A stretch of 52,062 nucleotides of DNA from a virus. Taxonomy: Duplodnaviria; Caudoviricetes. Under the pieces are notes generated by a model that had not been told where the DNA came from, ran no database searches, and saw only the letters and a list, made by a program, of their open reading frames with translations. The translations under genes and the position numbers were made by a program. This document shows, piece after piece, positions 1 to 8,710 of the stretch (its first letter is position 1; each line of letters starts with the position of its first letter). Location: positions 1 to 52,062 of the IMG/VR virus record IMGVR_UViG_3300031576_000061; one strand, given 5' to 3'.

Positions 1-127
1 GGTACCCAACAACCTCTCGCGCACTTATCCCCAAGTTATACACAGTTAGACACCGTGGCACATTGCCACTACCGGTGGTGTAGATACAGGGTTGTATCCA
101 TATTGATGGGGCATTTCGCCACACTGT
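1..127. repeat. Terminal direct repeat, left copy (probably circular-assembly overlap)
   Basis: 1-127 is identical to 51936-52062; 127 is a common assembler k-mer size. Confidence 0.9.
25..44 (+). promoter_or_regulatory. Tandem DnaA-box-like 9-mers
   Basis: TTATCCCCA (25-33, one mismatch) and TTATACACA (36-44, matches TTWTNCACA) in the large non-coding region. Confidence 0.4.
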
Positions 128-392
128 ATGGGTTTGGATACATAAAGATGGGGTGAATAGTGGCAACTGTATCCATCTCGCTGTGGATATGTCTCAATAT
201 AGTTGTACGATACTGTACATAGACTACATGTAGTGTTGTATATACCACACACCACCACGGGTAGATCGGCGAATAGGCTCACCCCCCACCCGGCATGGGC
301 TGGCGCAGGGGACCCGCTGTGCCGCGGTTATCCCAAAAGGGGGGCGTAAGGTGCCCTCGGTTGACAATCCCAGCGTTGAAAGGTTGACAATC

Positions 393-533
393 ATGCGACA
401 TTTCCTGATCCATCTGCTTGAAAACGCGGTGTCCTTGCTCGCTGGGATGGGCGTGGGCGTGTATCTGTATCGCCGGTATTCACGGTCCAGTCTAGAGAAG
501 GTCAAGGCGCTCCTCTCCAAGGCGGCACAGTGA
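393..533 (+). CDS. Small membrane protein
   Basis: ATG at 393; hydrophobic AVSLLAGMGVGVYLY followed by a basic tail; stop coupled (GTGA) to the next ORF. Confidence 0.55.
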   Translation: MRHFLIHLLENAVSLLAGMGVGVYLYRRYSRSSLEKVKALLSKAAQ

Positions 534-694
534 AGCGGTTTCTCCGCTATGTCGCCCTGATCGTGTTCTGGATGGCCTCGCTGTTCGCGGTCAGCTACTA
601 CAGCTTCTACGTCGGCTACGAGGATGGCACCACGGACATGGCGCAGTACATCGCCGAGCACTACAGAGTCATCCCCCTAGGGAGCTACTTGTGA
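530..694 (+). CDS. Small membrane protein (54 aa, not in ORF track)
   Basis: MKRFLRYVALIVFWMASLFAVSYYSFYVGY...; GTGA overlaps at both ends. Confidence 0.6.
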   Translation: MKRFLRYVALIVFWMASLFAVSYYSFYVGYEDGTTDMAQYIAEHYRVIPLGSYL

Positions 695-942
695 CCGATG
701 ACAATACACAGAATTACCTCGACAGTCTGGGGCTCGTACGTAGCGGCCCGTACTTCGCGTATACCCCATACGGGGCCGGGTGGTTTCTTCCTTCGTGGGT
801 CCTCGCGGCCACCACGTGGCTGTGGAATAGTCTGGCATGCCAACGGTACGGACACGAGTGCTTGGGTCTGGCAGAGTTCGAGGGGGAAGTAATCGAAGAT
901 TGGCATTGTTTCCACTGTCATAGGAGGGATTGCCGTGAGTGA
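691..942 (+). CDS. Hypothetical protein with C-terminal CxxC
   Basis: Coupled ORF; CQRYGH...WHCFHCH. Confidence 0.55.
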   Translation: MTDDNTQNYLDSLGLVRSGPYFAYTPYGAGWFLPSWVLAATTWLWNSLACQRYGHECLGLAEFEGEVIEDWHCFHCHRRDCRE

Positions 943-1135
943 CTACACAGAAACGCATCAAGGACTGACCGCAACGGTTCGCACCGAGCCTCATAAACTG
1001 ACGATCGTCGTTGAGTTCCCAAGCGACAGTACGGCAGTGCAGCAGGGGGTGACGACTGAGGACGTGCTGATGATGATCGAACAGTGTCTGGACACGCCGT
1101 GGTGGTACCGAGACGCGCTAATGATTCGTGACTAA
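935..1135 (+). CDS. Hypothetical protein
   Basis: AGGAGG RBS upstream of GTG. Confidence 0.65.
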   Translation: MSDYTETHQGLTATVRTEPHKLTIVVEFPSDSTAVQQGVTTEDVLMMIEQCLDTPWWYRDALMIRD

Positions 1136-1146
1136 GCGGAGGGGTT

Positions 1147-1455
1147 ATGGCTGACTGTACGAAGTATCCAGTCGGGAGCCGCGTGACGGTCAAACCAAGC
1201 GCGGCCCTTGATGTGTCAGGCGTCGCCTGGCCTTACCTAGAGGGAAAAGCCGGGACGGTCCGCAAGGTCAATATCTCGTCCAGCGCGGCTGGGGTCAATA
1301 CGCCCGGACTATGGGCAGTCCTGTATAGCATTGAATTCGACGAAGAGTTTCGCGGGGGCTGGGACTGCTTCGGGGCGTGCATACCAGGAAAAGGCCAGCA
1401 GATCAGTGAGCAACATCTCGAACTTGAAGACTATGGAAAAGCCTGGTCAGGATAA
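1147..1455 (+). CDS. Hypothetical protein, SH3/KOW-like
   Basis: GGAGG RBS; YPVGSRVTVK...GKAGTV...YSIEFD pattern typical of SH3-like barrels. Confidence 0.6.
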   Translation: MADCTKYPVGSRVTVKPSAALDVSGVAWPYLEGKAGTVRKVNISSSAAGVNTPGLWAVLYSIEFDEEFRGGWDCFGACIPGKGQQISEQHLELEDYGKAWSG

Positions 1456-1903
1456 CCTAAATCTTGGTAATTCCGCCGTGCTTGGTACCACGCCGGAACC
1501 AGACAGGGCCGCGCCGGTCCCCCTCCCACCGTCTCGGCCAAGCTCGACACCCGCGCACTACACGCCGGTCCGTAAAGAGACGATCGAAAAGCGACTGTCG
1601 CGCAGGTTGGATTTGATCGACGAGGAGTTGACCGACCAGGCGTTCAAGGAGCGGCTGTCGGTGGCGTCCGTCAAGGATGTGGCCGTCGTCGAGGGCATCT
1701 ACCTTGATAAGCTCACTGAGCTGCGGGGTCAGCCGAATCGCGTGGTAGGGAGCGACACGCGGGCGAAGCTGACCGAGTTTATGGTCGCGGCCATCCAAGA
1801 ACTCCAGCGGCGCGGGATGACGATCAAGCTCACAGAGCGCACAGCGGAGGTAACGGGTGGACCTGAAAGACCTGGACCATTCAAGGTTATCAACGCTCAG
1901 TGA
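1433..1903 (+). CDS. Putative terminase small subunit
   Basis: Helical protein directly upstream of and overlapping terL; positional call; start uncertain. Confidence 0.5.
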   Translation: MEKPGQDNLNLGNSAVLGTTPEPDRAAPVPLPPSRPSSTPAHYTPVRKETIEKRLSRRLDLIDEELTDQAFKERLSVASVKDVAVVEGIYLDKLTELRGQPNRVVGSDTRAKLTEFMVAAIQELQRRGMTIKLTERTAEVTGGPERPGPFKVINAQ

Positions 1904-3533
1904 CGAGGACCTGCTTGAGGCGTGTCAGCAAGGGCTTTCACTCCAGCGGGCCGATAGCCAAGAAAACGCCCTGTACTACTACAAACCGGCCAACCCCCAG
2001 GTTGGACGCATTCATGAACTGACGGTCGGCACCATAGGAATTGGCGGCGGGAACGGCGCGGGCAAAACCGAGCACGCCCTTGTAGAAGGAGTCATCCGAG
2101 CTACCGGGCAAATACCTCTTTACCTACGCGATACCTACCCCCGCCAAAAACTACGCGGGCCGATCAACATGAGGGTCGTGTGCGAGTCGTTAACGACGGT
2201 ATTACACCCGGTTATCTTACCGAAACTGCAGTGGTGGCGCTGGACGGGCCAGGGCCAGCCTTTTGGCTCGCAAGGTCATTTCGGCTGGATTCCACGACAC
2301 TGTCTTATTGGTGGGGAGTGGAAGAGGTCCTGGAACGAGAAACTACGCCTCCTCAGTGTCCTCTACCGCGATCCCGACGACGAACGAGTCATTGGACAAT
2401 CCACAATTCAGTTCATGTCCTACGATCAGGACCCGTCTGACTTCGCGTCGGGCGACGTGCACTACTGCCTGCACGACGAGCCTCCGTCGAAGGAAATCTG
2501 GGACGAGAACGTCGCCCGTGTCATGCGCGTGGACGGGACGCTCGTCGTTGCGATGACCTGGCCGAACAACCCCGCCATTGCGGTAGACTGGATTTTCGAT
2601 GACATCTACGACCGATCGCACCGGGACAGTAATATTGTATGGATCAACATCTGGAGCACCGACAACCCGCACCTCGATCAAGCGAGCATCGCCAGACGTG
2701 CCGAGCAGATGGACGACCAGACGCGGCGGGTGCGTATCTACGGCGAACCGATTCGATTCAGCAACCGGATACACCCGATCTTCACCGAGCAGGAGATGAC
2801 GTGGTGCTTCGAGTGTGGGAACCGTGTGATTGGCGTCGCTGGGAATTGCGGGACCTGCGGCGGGCACTGGATCAAGCAGGTGAATCACGTTGTACCGAAT
2901 AAGGTCGATCCTCTATACCCGGTGGTATGCCTTCTTGATCCGCATCCTCGCAAGCCTCACATGATGCTGTGGGTCCAGATTGACCCGAATGACGACTACT
3001 ACGTGGTCGCGAACATCGAGGTTGAAGGGAGTGCCGATGACGTGGAGAAGGCGGTTCACGAGGTGGAGCGCAAGTACGGCTGGTATTTCATCTACCGCAT
3101 GATCGACCCAAATATGGGGAGGAGCCCAAGTGGTACTGAGCGCGGCATCACCTGGCAAGACGAATTCTCGAACGTGGGTCTGTCATTCGACCTTGCCGAT
3201 GATTCCGACGTTGGACGTGCTCGTCTCAATGACTATCTTCGGCCCGACAAGCAACTGTGCCGTCCTCGTATCACCTTCTCGTCTGATGTGGATGCAGTAC
3301 ATTTCCAGCTCAAGCGGTACGTCTGGGCCGACCCGCGTCGGCTGAGTGGGACAAAGCGCCAAATCCCGAAAGCGGATTACGACGACTACCCGACGCTCCT
3401 CAAATACTTGATGAACCGCCTGCCCACGTACCAGGAGCTACGCGGCATCGGACGAGATGAAATCACGACCCCCACCCCCCTGCAACCGGCGTATGGTGGC
3501 GGCTACCGAACGGGAGTGACGCATGGCAGATGA
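1857..3533 (+). CDS. terL: Terminase large subunit
   Basis: Walker A GGGNGAGKT, Walker B CLHDEPP, coupling motif AMTW, RNase H-like nuclease LLDPHPRKP ... DDYPTLLKY. Confidence 0.93.
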   Translation: MDLKDLDHSRLSTLSDEDLLEACQQGLSLQRADSQENALYYYKPANPQVGRIHELTVGTIGIGGGNGAGKTEHALVEGVIRATGQIPLYLRDTYPRQKLRGPINMRVVCESLTTVLHPVILPKLQWWRWTGQGQPFGSQGHFGWIPRHCLIGGEWKRSWNEKLRLLSVLYRDPDDERVIGQSTIQFMSYDQDPSDFASGDVHYCLHDEPPSKEIWDENVARVMRVDGTLVVAMTWPNNPAIAVDWIFDDIYDRSHRDSNIVWINIWSTDNPHLDQASIARRAEQMDDQTRRVRIYGEPIRFSNRIHPIFTEQEMTWCFECGNRVIGVAGNCGTCGGHWIKQVNHVVPNKVDPLYPVVCLLDPHPRKPHMMLWVQIDPNDDYYVVANIEVEGSADDVEKAVHEVERKYGWYFIYRMIDPNMGRSPSGTERGITWQDEFSNVGLSFDLADDSDVGRARLNDYLRPDKQLCRPRITFSSDVDAVHFQLKRYVWADPRRLSGTKRQIPKADYDDYPTLLKYLMNRLPTYQELRGIGRDEITTPTPLQPAYGGGYRTGVTHGR

Positions 3534-6063
3534 CCTGGCCCCGAATACGGGCGAAATACCCGTCGAGGGCAGCGACACGCCGCTTCAGGACCCTCAGATG
3601 GGCGGCGACGCGCTCATTGAGTCCGCCGAGCAGCTTGAGAAGGGCGATCCACAACCGCCAGCCAAGTCGGCCATGCCGCCCGCGAGTAAGTCGCTGGAGA
3701 TCAAGGACCGCGAGCAGGTGGTTCGCGATGTCCTCAAGCTCTACACGGACGACATCCGTGATCGGTCCGAGTGGAACGAGGCACGCATCCAGCGGACGGC
3801 GAAATATCGTGGCTGGCGGGAGCCGAAAGCCTACCCGTGGCCTGGAGCGAGCAACGCGCACCTGCCGATTATCATGACCGACGTGCAGCGGACCGAGGAC
3901 ACGCTGCATAACGCCGTGTTGAGCGTGCGCCCGGTCATGAATGCGAAGGCGGGCCACCCCAACGACGTGGAGAAGGAGCGTGGGGTAGACCTGCTCCTGG
4001 ACTACCAGGTGTTCAAGGAGAACGACGGCGAGTATCGGGTTGCCAAACTGATTAGTAGCTTCGTGCAGGACGGGATGTTCGTCTGTTTCACGCCGTGGGT
4101 GCATGAGAAGCAGGTCATTTCGACCCTCTATCACCTCCCCTTCCCTGTGGCGAACAAGTCGTGGGACACATACATCTGGGAAGCGCTGCGTGGGTACTAC
4201 CCAGAGGCGGTGGTCCTGCCAACCGGCGACCAGTGGCGATTCGAGGTACGAGAGGAGAACGATTTCACCGGTCAGGTCAAGAGCTTCTTCGTGGACGTGA
4301 CCGCGTCAGAGACCGGCGTGCAACTGGCCTGTCGCCATGACGAGACGACGTTTGAGGGACCGTGTCTCATCCCCAAGGAATTGGAAGATGTGGTTGTGCC
4401 GATCCGGTGCGAAAATCTTCAGCCGCGCACTGTCGCCAATCCTACAGGAGCCGATCGAGTTATCCTTGTGGATTATCCCAGTCTCGACGAAATCAAGCGA
4501 CTGCGTGCTCATGGTTTTTACGACCTTATCACCGACGCGGATATGGGAAGGCTCGATGAACTCCGAGGAGCGTCCCAAGCCGGTATCGCCGCCAACGATC
4601 CTGAAGGTCAAAAGAAGCTGAAGGACGACCTGGAAGGTCGTGCGCTCGCTCATGAGGGAGCCGACCCCGATACGCAACCGGGGCGGAAAACATTCACGCG
4701 ACTCATGTTCTTTGGGAGGGCAGACCATGACGGTGACGGCCTTGAGGAAGATGTTATTTACTGGGTCATCGAAGAAGCGAAAGTTCTTCTTCGAGCGCGG
4801 TACCTTACCGCGGTGTACCCTTCGAATCCTCCTCGGCGACCATTGCAGTGTGCCAAGTACATTCCTATCAATGACCGTTTCTATGCCATCGGACTCATCG
4901 AACTCATGGAGTCCGGCTACGACATCATCAAAGAAACCTTCGATCAAATGATCGACGCGGGCTGGCTGGCGAATATGCCATTCGGCTTCTACCGCCCGGC
5001 GTCCAGCATGAAGCCCCAACAGATCAAGCTGTCCCCCGGTGCGATGATTCCGTTAGGGTCACCCCAGCAGGACGTGTTCTTCCCGCAACTCCAGAACGGG
5101 ATGACGGCGTTCGGCATGAACATCACGGCGATGGTCATGCAAATCCTGGATCAAGTGACCCTCGTCGGACAGCTTCAATTGGGCGGAGTGCCCCAAGGCA
5201 AGTCGTCAGCACTGCGGACAAGCCAGAATATGCAATCGCTCCTGCAGCAGGGTGACGCGCGCCCGGAGCGCGTGTTACGGAGGTTCTTTAGTGGTCTTGC
5301 AGAAATTTGGCGACAGTTTCATATCCTCGATAAAGCCTTCCTACCAGCCGGTAAGAAGTTCCGTATTCAAGTGGAGCTGGAACCCGGAAACAACCCTTAT
5401 TTGGAGGTGGCGGACCCGCAAGCACTCGAAGGCGACTTCGACTTTGAATTTGGAGCCAACATACTTAACTCTAATCGCGCGCTGTCCAGTCAAGCCACAC
5501 AGGAGATCCTGAGCGTCATCGTGAATCCGATGCTGCTGATGATGGGGATTGTCACCCCACAGCACGTCTATAACGCACTCAAGGAAGTAATTCGGAGCAA
5601 GGGGCAGGCCCCACAGAAATACATCCAACCCCCGCAGGGCATGGTCGATGACGGCCGTCCATTCTTCACCGCGGAAGACGCCATCAACGCGGCCTGCAAT
5701 GGTCAGATGCCCTACGGGAAAGCGATGGAGCCGCTGGATCAGCACCTGACGAAGATCATGGAGTTCATGCAGCAGACGCTGGAGCACCCTGAGCTGATTA
5801 GCGAGCAGGGCGCGAAGATACTCGGCGTCTACGCGGCGCAAGTCCAGGCCGAGATGCAAGCGCTGATGCAGCAACAGCAGATGATGGCACAGGCGCAGGC
5901 CATGCAGCAGCAGCTTCAGGGCAAGCAGGACAGTAAACCCGGGCCGAAGGGCGAGACCAACCCCGGTGCTCAAGGTCCGGCGGGGAACGCACCACTCCAG
6001 GGCCGTGAGTTAGCTGACGAGAGCCTCCCGGGAGCGGGCGGTGGAGCCAACACCGGTGGCTAG
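3523..6063 (+). CDS. Portal protein
   Basis: 846 aa after terL; PWPGASN, RFYAIGLIE and LSPGAMIP segments and Q-rich C-terminal tail typical of P22-like podovirus portals. Confidence 0.88.
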   Translation: MADDLAPNTGEIPVEGSDTPLQDPQMGGDALIESAEQLEKGDPQPPAKSAMPPASKSLEIKDREQVVRDVLKLYTDDIRDRSEWNEARIQRTAKYRGWREPKAYPWPGASNAHLPIIMTDVQRTEDTLHNAVLSVRPVMNAKAGHPNDVEKERGVDLLLDYQVFKENDGEYRVAKLISSFVQDGMFVCFTPWVHEKQVISTLYHLPFPVANKSWDTYIWEALRGYYPEAVVLPTGDQWRFEVREENDFTGQVKSFFVDVTASETGVQLACRHDETTFEGPCLIPKELEDVVVPIRCENLQPRTVANPTGADRVILVDYPSLDEIKRLRAHGFYDLITDADMGRLDELRGASQAGIAANDPEGQKKLKDDLEGRALAHEGADPDTQPGRKTFTRLMFFGRADHDGDGLEEDVIYWVIEEAKVLLRARYLTAVYPSNPPRRPLQCAKYIPINDRFYAIGLIELMESGYDIIKETFDQMIDAGWLANMPFGFYRPASSMKPQQIKLSPGAMIPLGSPQQDVFFPQLQNGMTAFGMNITAMVMQILDQVTLVGQLQLGGVPQGKSSALRTSQNMQSLLQQGDARPERVLRRFFSGLAEIWRQFHILDKAFLPAGKKFRIQVELEPGNNPYLEVADPQALEGDFDFEFGANILNSNRALSSQATQEILSVIVNPMLLMMGIVTPQHVYNALKEVIRSKGQAPQKYIQPPQGMVDDGRPFFTAEDAINAACNGQMPYGKAMEPLDQHLTKIMEFMQQTLEHPELISEQGAKILGVYAAQVQAEMQALMQQQQMMAQAQAMQQQLQGKQDSKPGPKGETNPGAQGPAGNAPLQGRELADESLPGAGGGANTGG

Positions 6064-6226
6064 AAGGGAGCAATTTGAAGTTTACTGCTCAACCTGTGGC
6101 CGAACATGGGGACGTGTGGTGGTGGAGATCGACCGCGACGGCGTCGGGCGCAATCGACCTGATGGGACCATACCCCGGCGATGCGACTGCGGTCCTGCGG
6201 GTTGTTTGCAAAGGCGTGCTGTTTAA
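6041..6226 (+). CDS. Small Zn-ribbon protein (alternative frame 6075-6287)
   Basis: VYCSTCG...RCDCG; fills the gap after the portal. Confidence 0.4.
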   Translation: MEPTPVARREQFEVYCSTCGRTWGRVVVEIDRDGVGRNRPDGTIPRRCDCGPAGCLQRRAV

Positions 6227-6246
6227 TTTAACCATTGGAGGGGATC

Positions 6247-6585
6247 ATGGGAGTGGACATCAACGATTACCGGAGGCAACGGACTGAGCAAGCGAACGAG
6301 GTACAGCCTGAACCGGTTAAGAACCCGTTCGCGGACCTGCCCGCGGTGGACGTGACCGAGTACCTGACTGAGAACGAGACCTTCAATAACATGGCCCGAA
6401 AGATGGGCGTCTATCTCGCCCAGCTCAAGGCCATCCAGCAGGATTGCCAGAGTAAGCTCCCGGAGTCGCTCAACGAGCAGGCGACACGGGCGCTGTCGAT
6501 TCAGTATTGGCGTCATTGGGGGCTGGAGAACGGCGTGCGTGCGGTCCTCCAAGCTCTGAAACAAGAAGCCGGTGGAAGTAAGTAA
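6247..6585 (+). CDS. Hypothetical head-module protein
   Basis: GGAGGG RBS; helical; lies between portal and scaffold. Confidence 0.7.
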   Translation: MGVDINDYRRQRTEQANEVQPEPVKNPFADLPAVDVTEYLTENETFNNMARKMGVYLAQLKAIQQDCQSKLPESLNEQATRALSIQYWRHWGLENGVRAVLQALKQEAGGSK

Positions 6586-6656
6586 CGCTCATTGAGCGCG
6601 GTGTTCAGGACGGCCACAACAGTCCTGCGGTAGCCAAGCCAGAAATGAGGCATGTC

Positions 6657-7538
6657 ATGGACGAATCGTTGGAAATGGAGCAAGCAATCGTATCAGGAGT
6701 CCCAGCTCAACCTGTATCAACGCCTGTCGCACAGCCGCCTACTCCTCTGGAGCCGGTGTCAGTCGCGCCCGTCTTGGAAGCGCCTGTCATCGAAAGTCCA
6801 GAAGCCGTGGCGCCTGAGCCGCACCCGTTAGACCCAGGTGGAGTGAGATTCAAGCAAGTCGTGGCCCGCGCACACAAGGAGCGCGATCGGGCCGATGCGC
6901 TAGAGACCGAACTGGCGGCAATCCGCGCCGAGATCGACGCGTTGAGACAGCCGACAGGCTCCGGACCAACCACCCCAACGTGGGTGGACCTGGAGCAAGG
7001 CATCGCTGAGGGCCGGTTCACCCGTGCCCAGGCGAACGACTTCCGCGAGAAGGAACTCCTGAAACAAGTCGCGGTGGTGGCTGAACAGAAGATCGCCGAG
7101 CGCCAAGCTGATAACGCCGTTGGCGATCAACTGTATAAGTACCAGACGTCCGCCCCAGACCTGCAGGATCGGAACAGTGTACTGCGGATGCGGGTCGATC
7201 AAGAGTTCGATTACATCCTGGCCCTGCAAGGCCGTGATGCCCGAGCGCTCACCTCGCGTGATCGCCGGAGGTTCGAACTCCAAGCGATACGGGCGGTCCT
7301 TGGTCCAGTGGAAGCGATTCGTCAAATTGCTCGTCCCAGACCGGAGCCCACGATGGAAATACACGGTGCTACCCAGAAGCCACAGTCAAAGCCGGTCAAC
7401 CCTGACCAAAAACTGTTGGACGCCCTGACCCCTGAACAGGTGGCGCATTATCGCAAGATGATGAACGCCGGTCAGTATAAGGGCGGTTGGAAGGAAATCG
7501 TGGAAGAGATTAAGTGGGTGCCGCCTGTGAGGCAGTGA
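6657..7538 (+). CDS. Putative capsid scaffolding protein
   Basis: Pro/Glu-rich N-terminus, RFKQV plus coiled coil, C-terminal LTPEQ helix; upstream of the capsid gene. Confidence 0.72.
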   Translation: MDESLEMEQAIVSGVPAQPVSTPVAQPPTPLEPVSVAPVLEAPVIESPEAVAPEPHPLDPGGVRFKQVVARAHKERDRADALETELAAIRAEIDALRQPTGSGPTTPTWVDLEQGIAEGRFTRAQANDFREKELLKQVAVVAEQKIAERQADNAVGDQLYKYQTSAPDLQDRNSVLRMRVDQEFDYILALQGRDARALTSRDRRRFELQAIRAVLGPVEAIRQIARPRPEPTMEIHGATQKPQSKPVNPDQKLLDALTPEQVAHYRKMMNAGQYKGGWKEIVEEIKWVPPVRQ

Positions 7539-7539
7539 C

Positions 7540-7938
7540 ATGCGCTCAGACATCTATGTGAAGCGGAAGGACAGTAGTTGGACACAAAAGGAACTCAACG
7601 ACGCGATGCTCCATCCGGGGCGTCGGCACGGGAAGCCGCATGGGTCGTATGTCGTTGATCTGGCGGACCTGCGGAAGCTGATTCTGCTCTGTCCGTTGTG
7701 CAACAGCAAGTTCGACTACAAGCGTCACCGCTTTCGAATGGAAAAAGAGTTCCGCTACGTGATCGCCAACTGTGACGCGTGCCGGACGTTGGATACGCAC
7801 TGCTCCATGTACATCGCAGAAGAGACGTACATGACGGTGCGTTCGACAGCCGACGAGCGTCGTGGGTTGGCAAAGTGGCGGCAGAAAGTCATCGAGCGGA
7901 AGGGCGATCTGAACGACCCCCCTCCGCGCAACATCTAG
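7540..7938 (+). CDS. Zn-finger hypothetical protein
   Basis: CPLC ... CDAC pairs. Confidence 0.7.
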   Translation: MRSDIYVKRKDSSWTQKELNDAMLHPGRRHGKPHGSYVVDLADLRKLILLCPLCNSKFDYKRHRFRMEKEFRYVIANCDACRTLDTHCSMYIAEETYMTVRSTADERRGLAKWRQKVIERKGDLNDPPPRNI

Positions 7939-7947
7939 AGGAATCAC

Positions 7948-8637
7948 ATGCAACTAGCATACTTGCTCAATGGTGGGCAGGCTAACATTCGGAAGTACAA
8001 GGTGAACGCGACGCACGTAAACAACATCATCGTGCTTCGTGGCTCCGCTGCACAGTCCGGGTTAGCCGTGTCTACCATAACTTCATGGACCGACAGTATG
8101 GGTCTCACCCTGGATCAGGGTCTGTTCCAGGGTGCGACGATCGCCTACAGCACCGTGCAGGGCGATCCCGAAGCCGTGTATAGCATCCTAATCAACACCG
8201 ACGCCGTCTATCGGGCGCTGCTCGTCGGCAGTGCGACCGACGCCGTGCTTACGGATAACGCGATCCTTACCGCCTCAGCAGCGGGTCTGACCGCAGTTGG
8301 CACGAATAGCGTGTCCAACCTGGATGGCGGAACGATCTGGTATACGAGCGGTCCGAACGTGGGTCGTTCGAGGATTATCGAATCGGTGGCGACCGCAACC
8401 GCCACGGTCCTCGTGCCGTTCGCCGCGAACGCGGTCGGCGACGTGTTCTTGGTTCATAACATGCGTCCGGGTCTGGTAGGTTCGACGATGAACACCGCCC
8501 TGACGAACGTCCTTCAGAACAACACCGCGATCACCGGCACGACCGGGATCATGGTGGATAATGAACTGAACGGCAATAGCAACAGCTACCTGCATCTCAT
8601 GCAGTCGGATAGTGCATTCGGAGCAGCGGCCACATAA
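7948..8637 (+). CDS. Putative capsid decoration/cement protein
   Basis: G/T/A/N-rich beta protein immediately upstream of the major capsid gene. Confidence 0.55.
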   Translation: MQLAYLLNGGQANIRKYKVNATHVNNIIVLRGSAAQSGLAVSTITSWTDSMGLTLDQGLFQGATIAYSTVQGDPEAVYSILINTDAVYRALLVGSATDAVLTDNAILTASAAGLTAVGTNSVSNLDGGTIWYTSGPNVGRSRIIESVATATATVLVPFAANAVGDVFLVHNMRPGLVGSTMNTALTNVLQNNTAITGTTGIMVDNELNGNSNSYLHLMQSDSAFGAAAT

Positions 8638-8686
8638 GCTGATTAACATAGCCTTCCGATTAGCGAATGTCTATGTTGCGATCAGC
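8638..8686 (+). promoter_or_regulatory. Long irregular stem-loop in the capsid leader
   Basis: GCTGAT/ATCAGC and AACATAG/CTATGTT complementary arms. Confidence 0.5.
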
Positions 8687-8710
8687 CGAATGCGTTAGAA
8701 GGTACGTTTC

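Noticed and set aside
5860-5925. CAG-rich repeat in the portal gene
   Set aside because: Encodes the Gln-rich tail common in podovirus portals.
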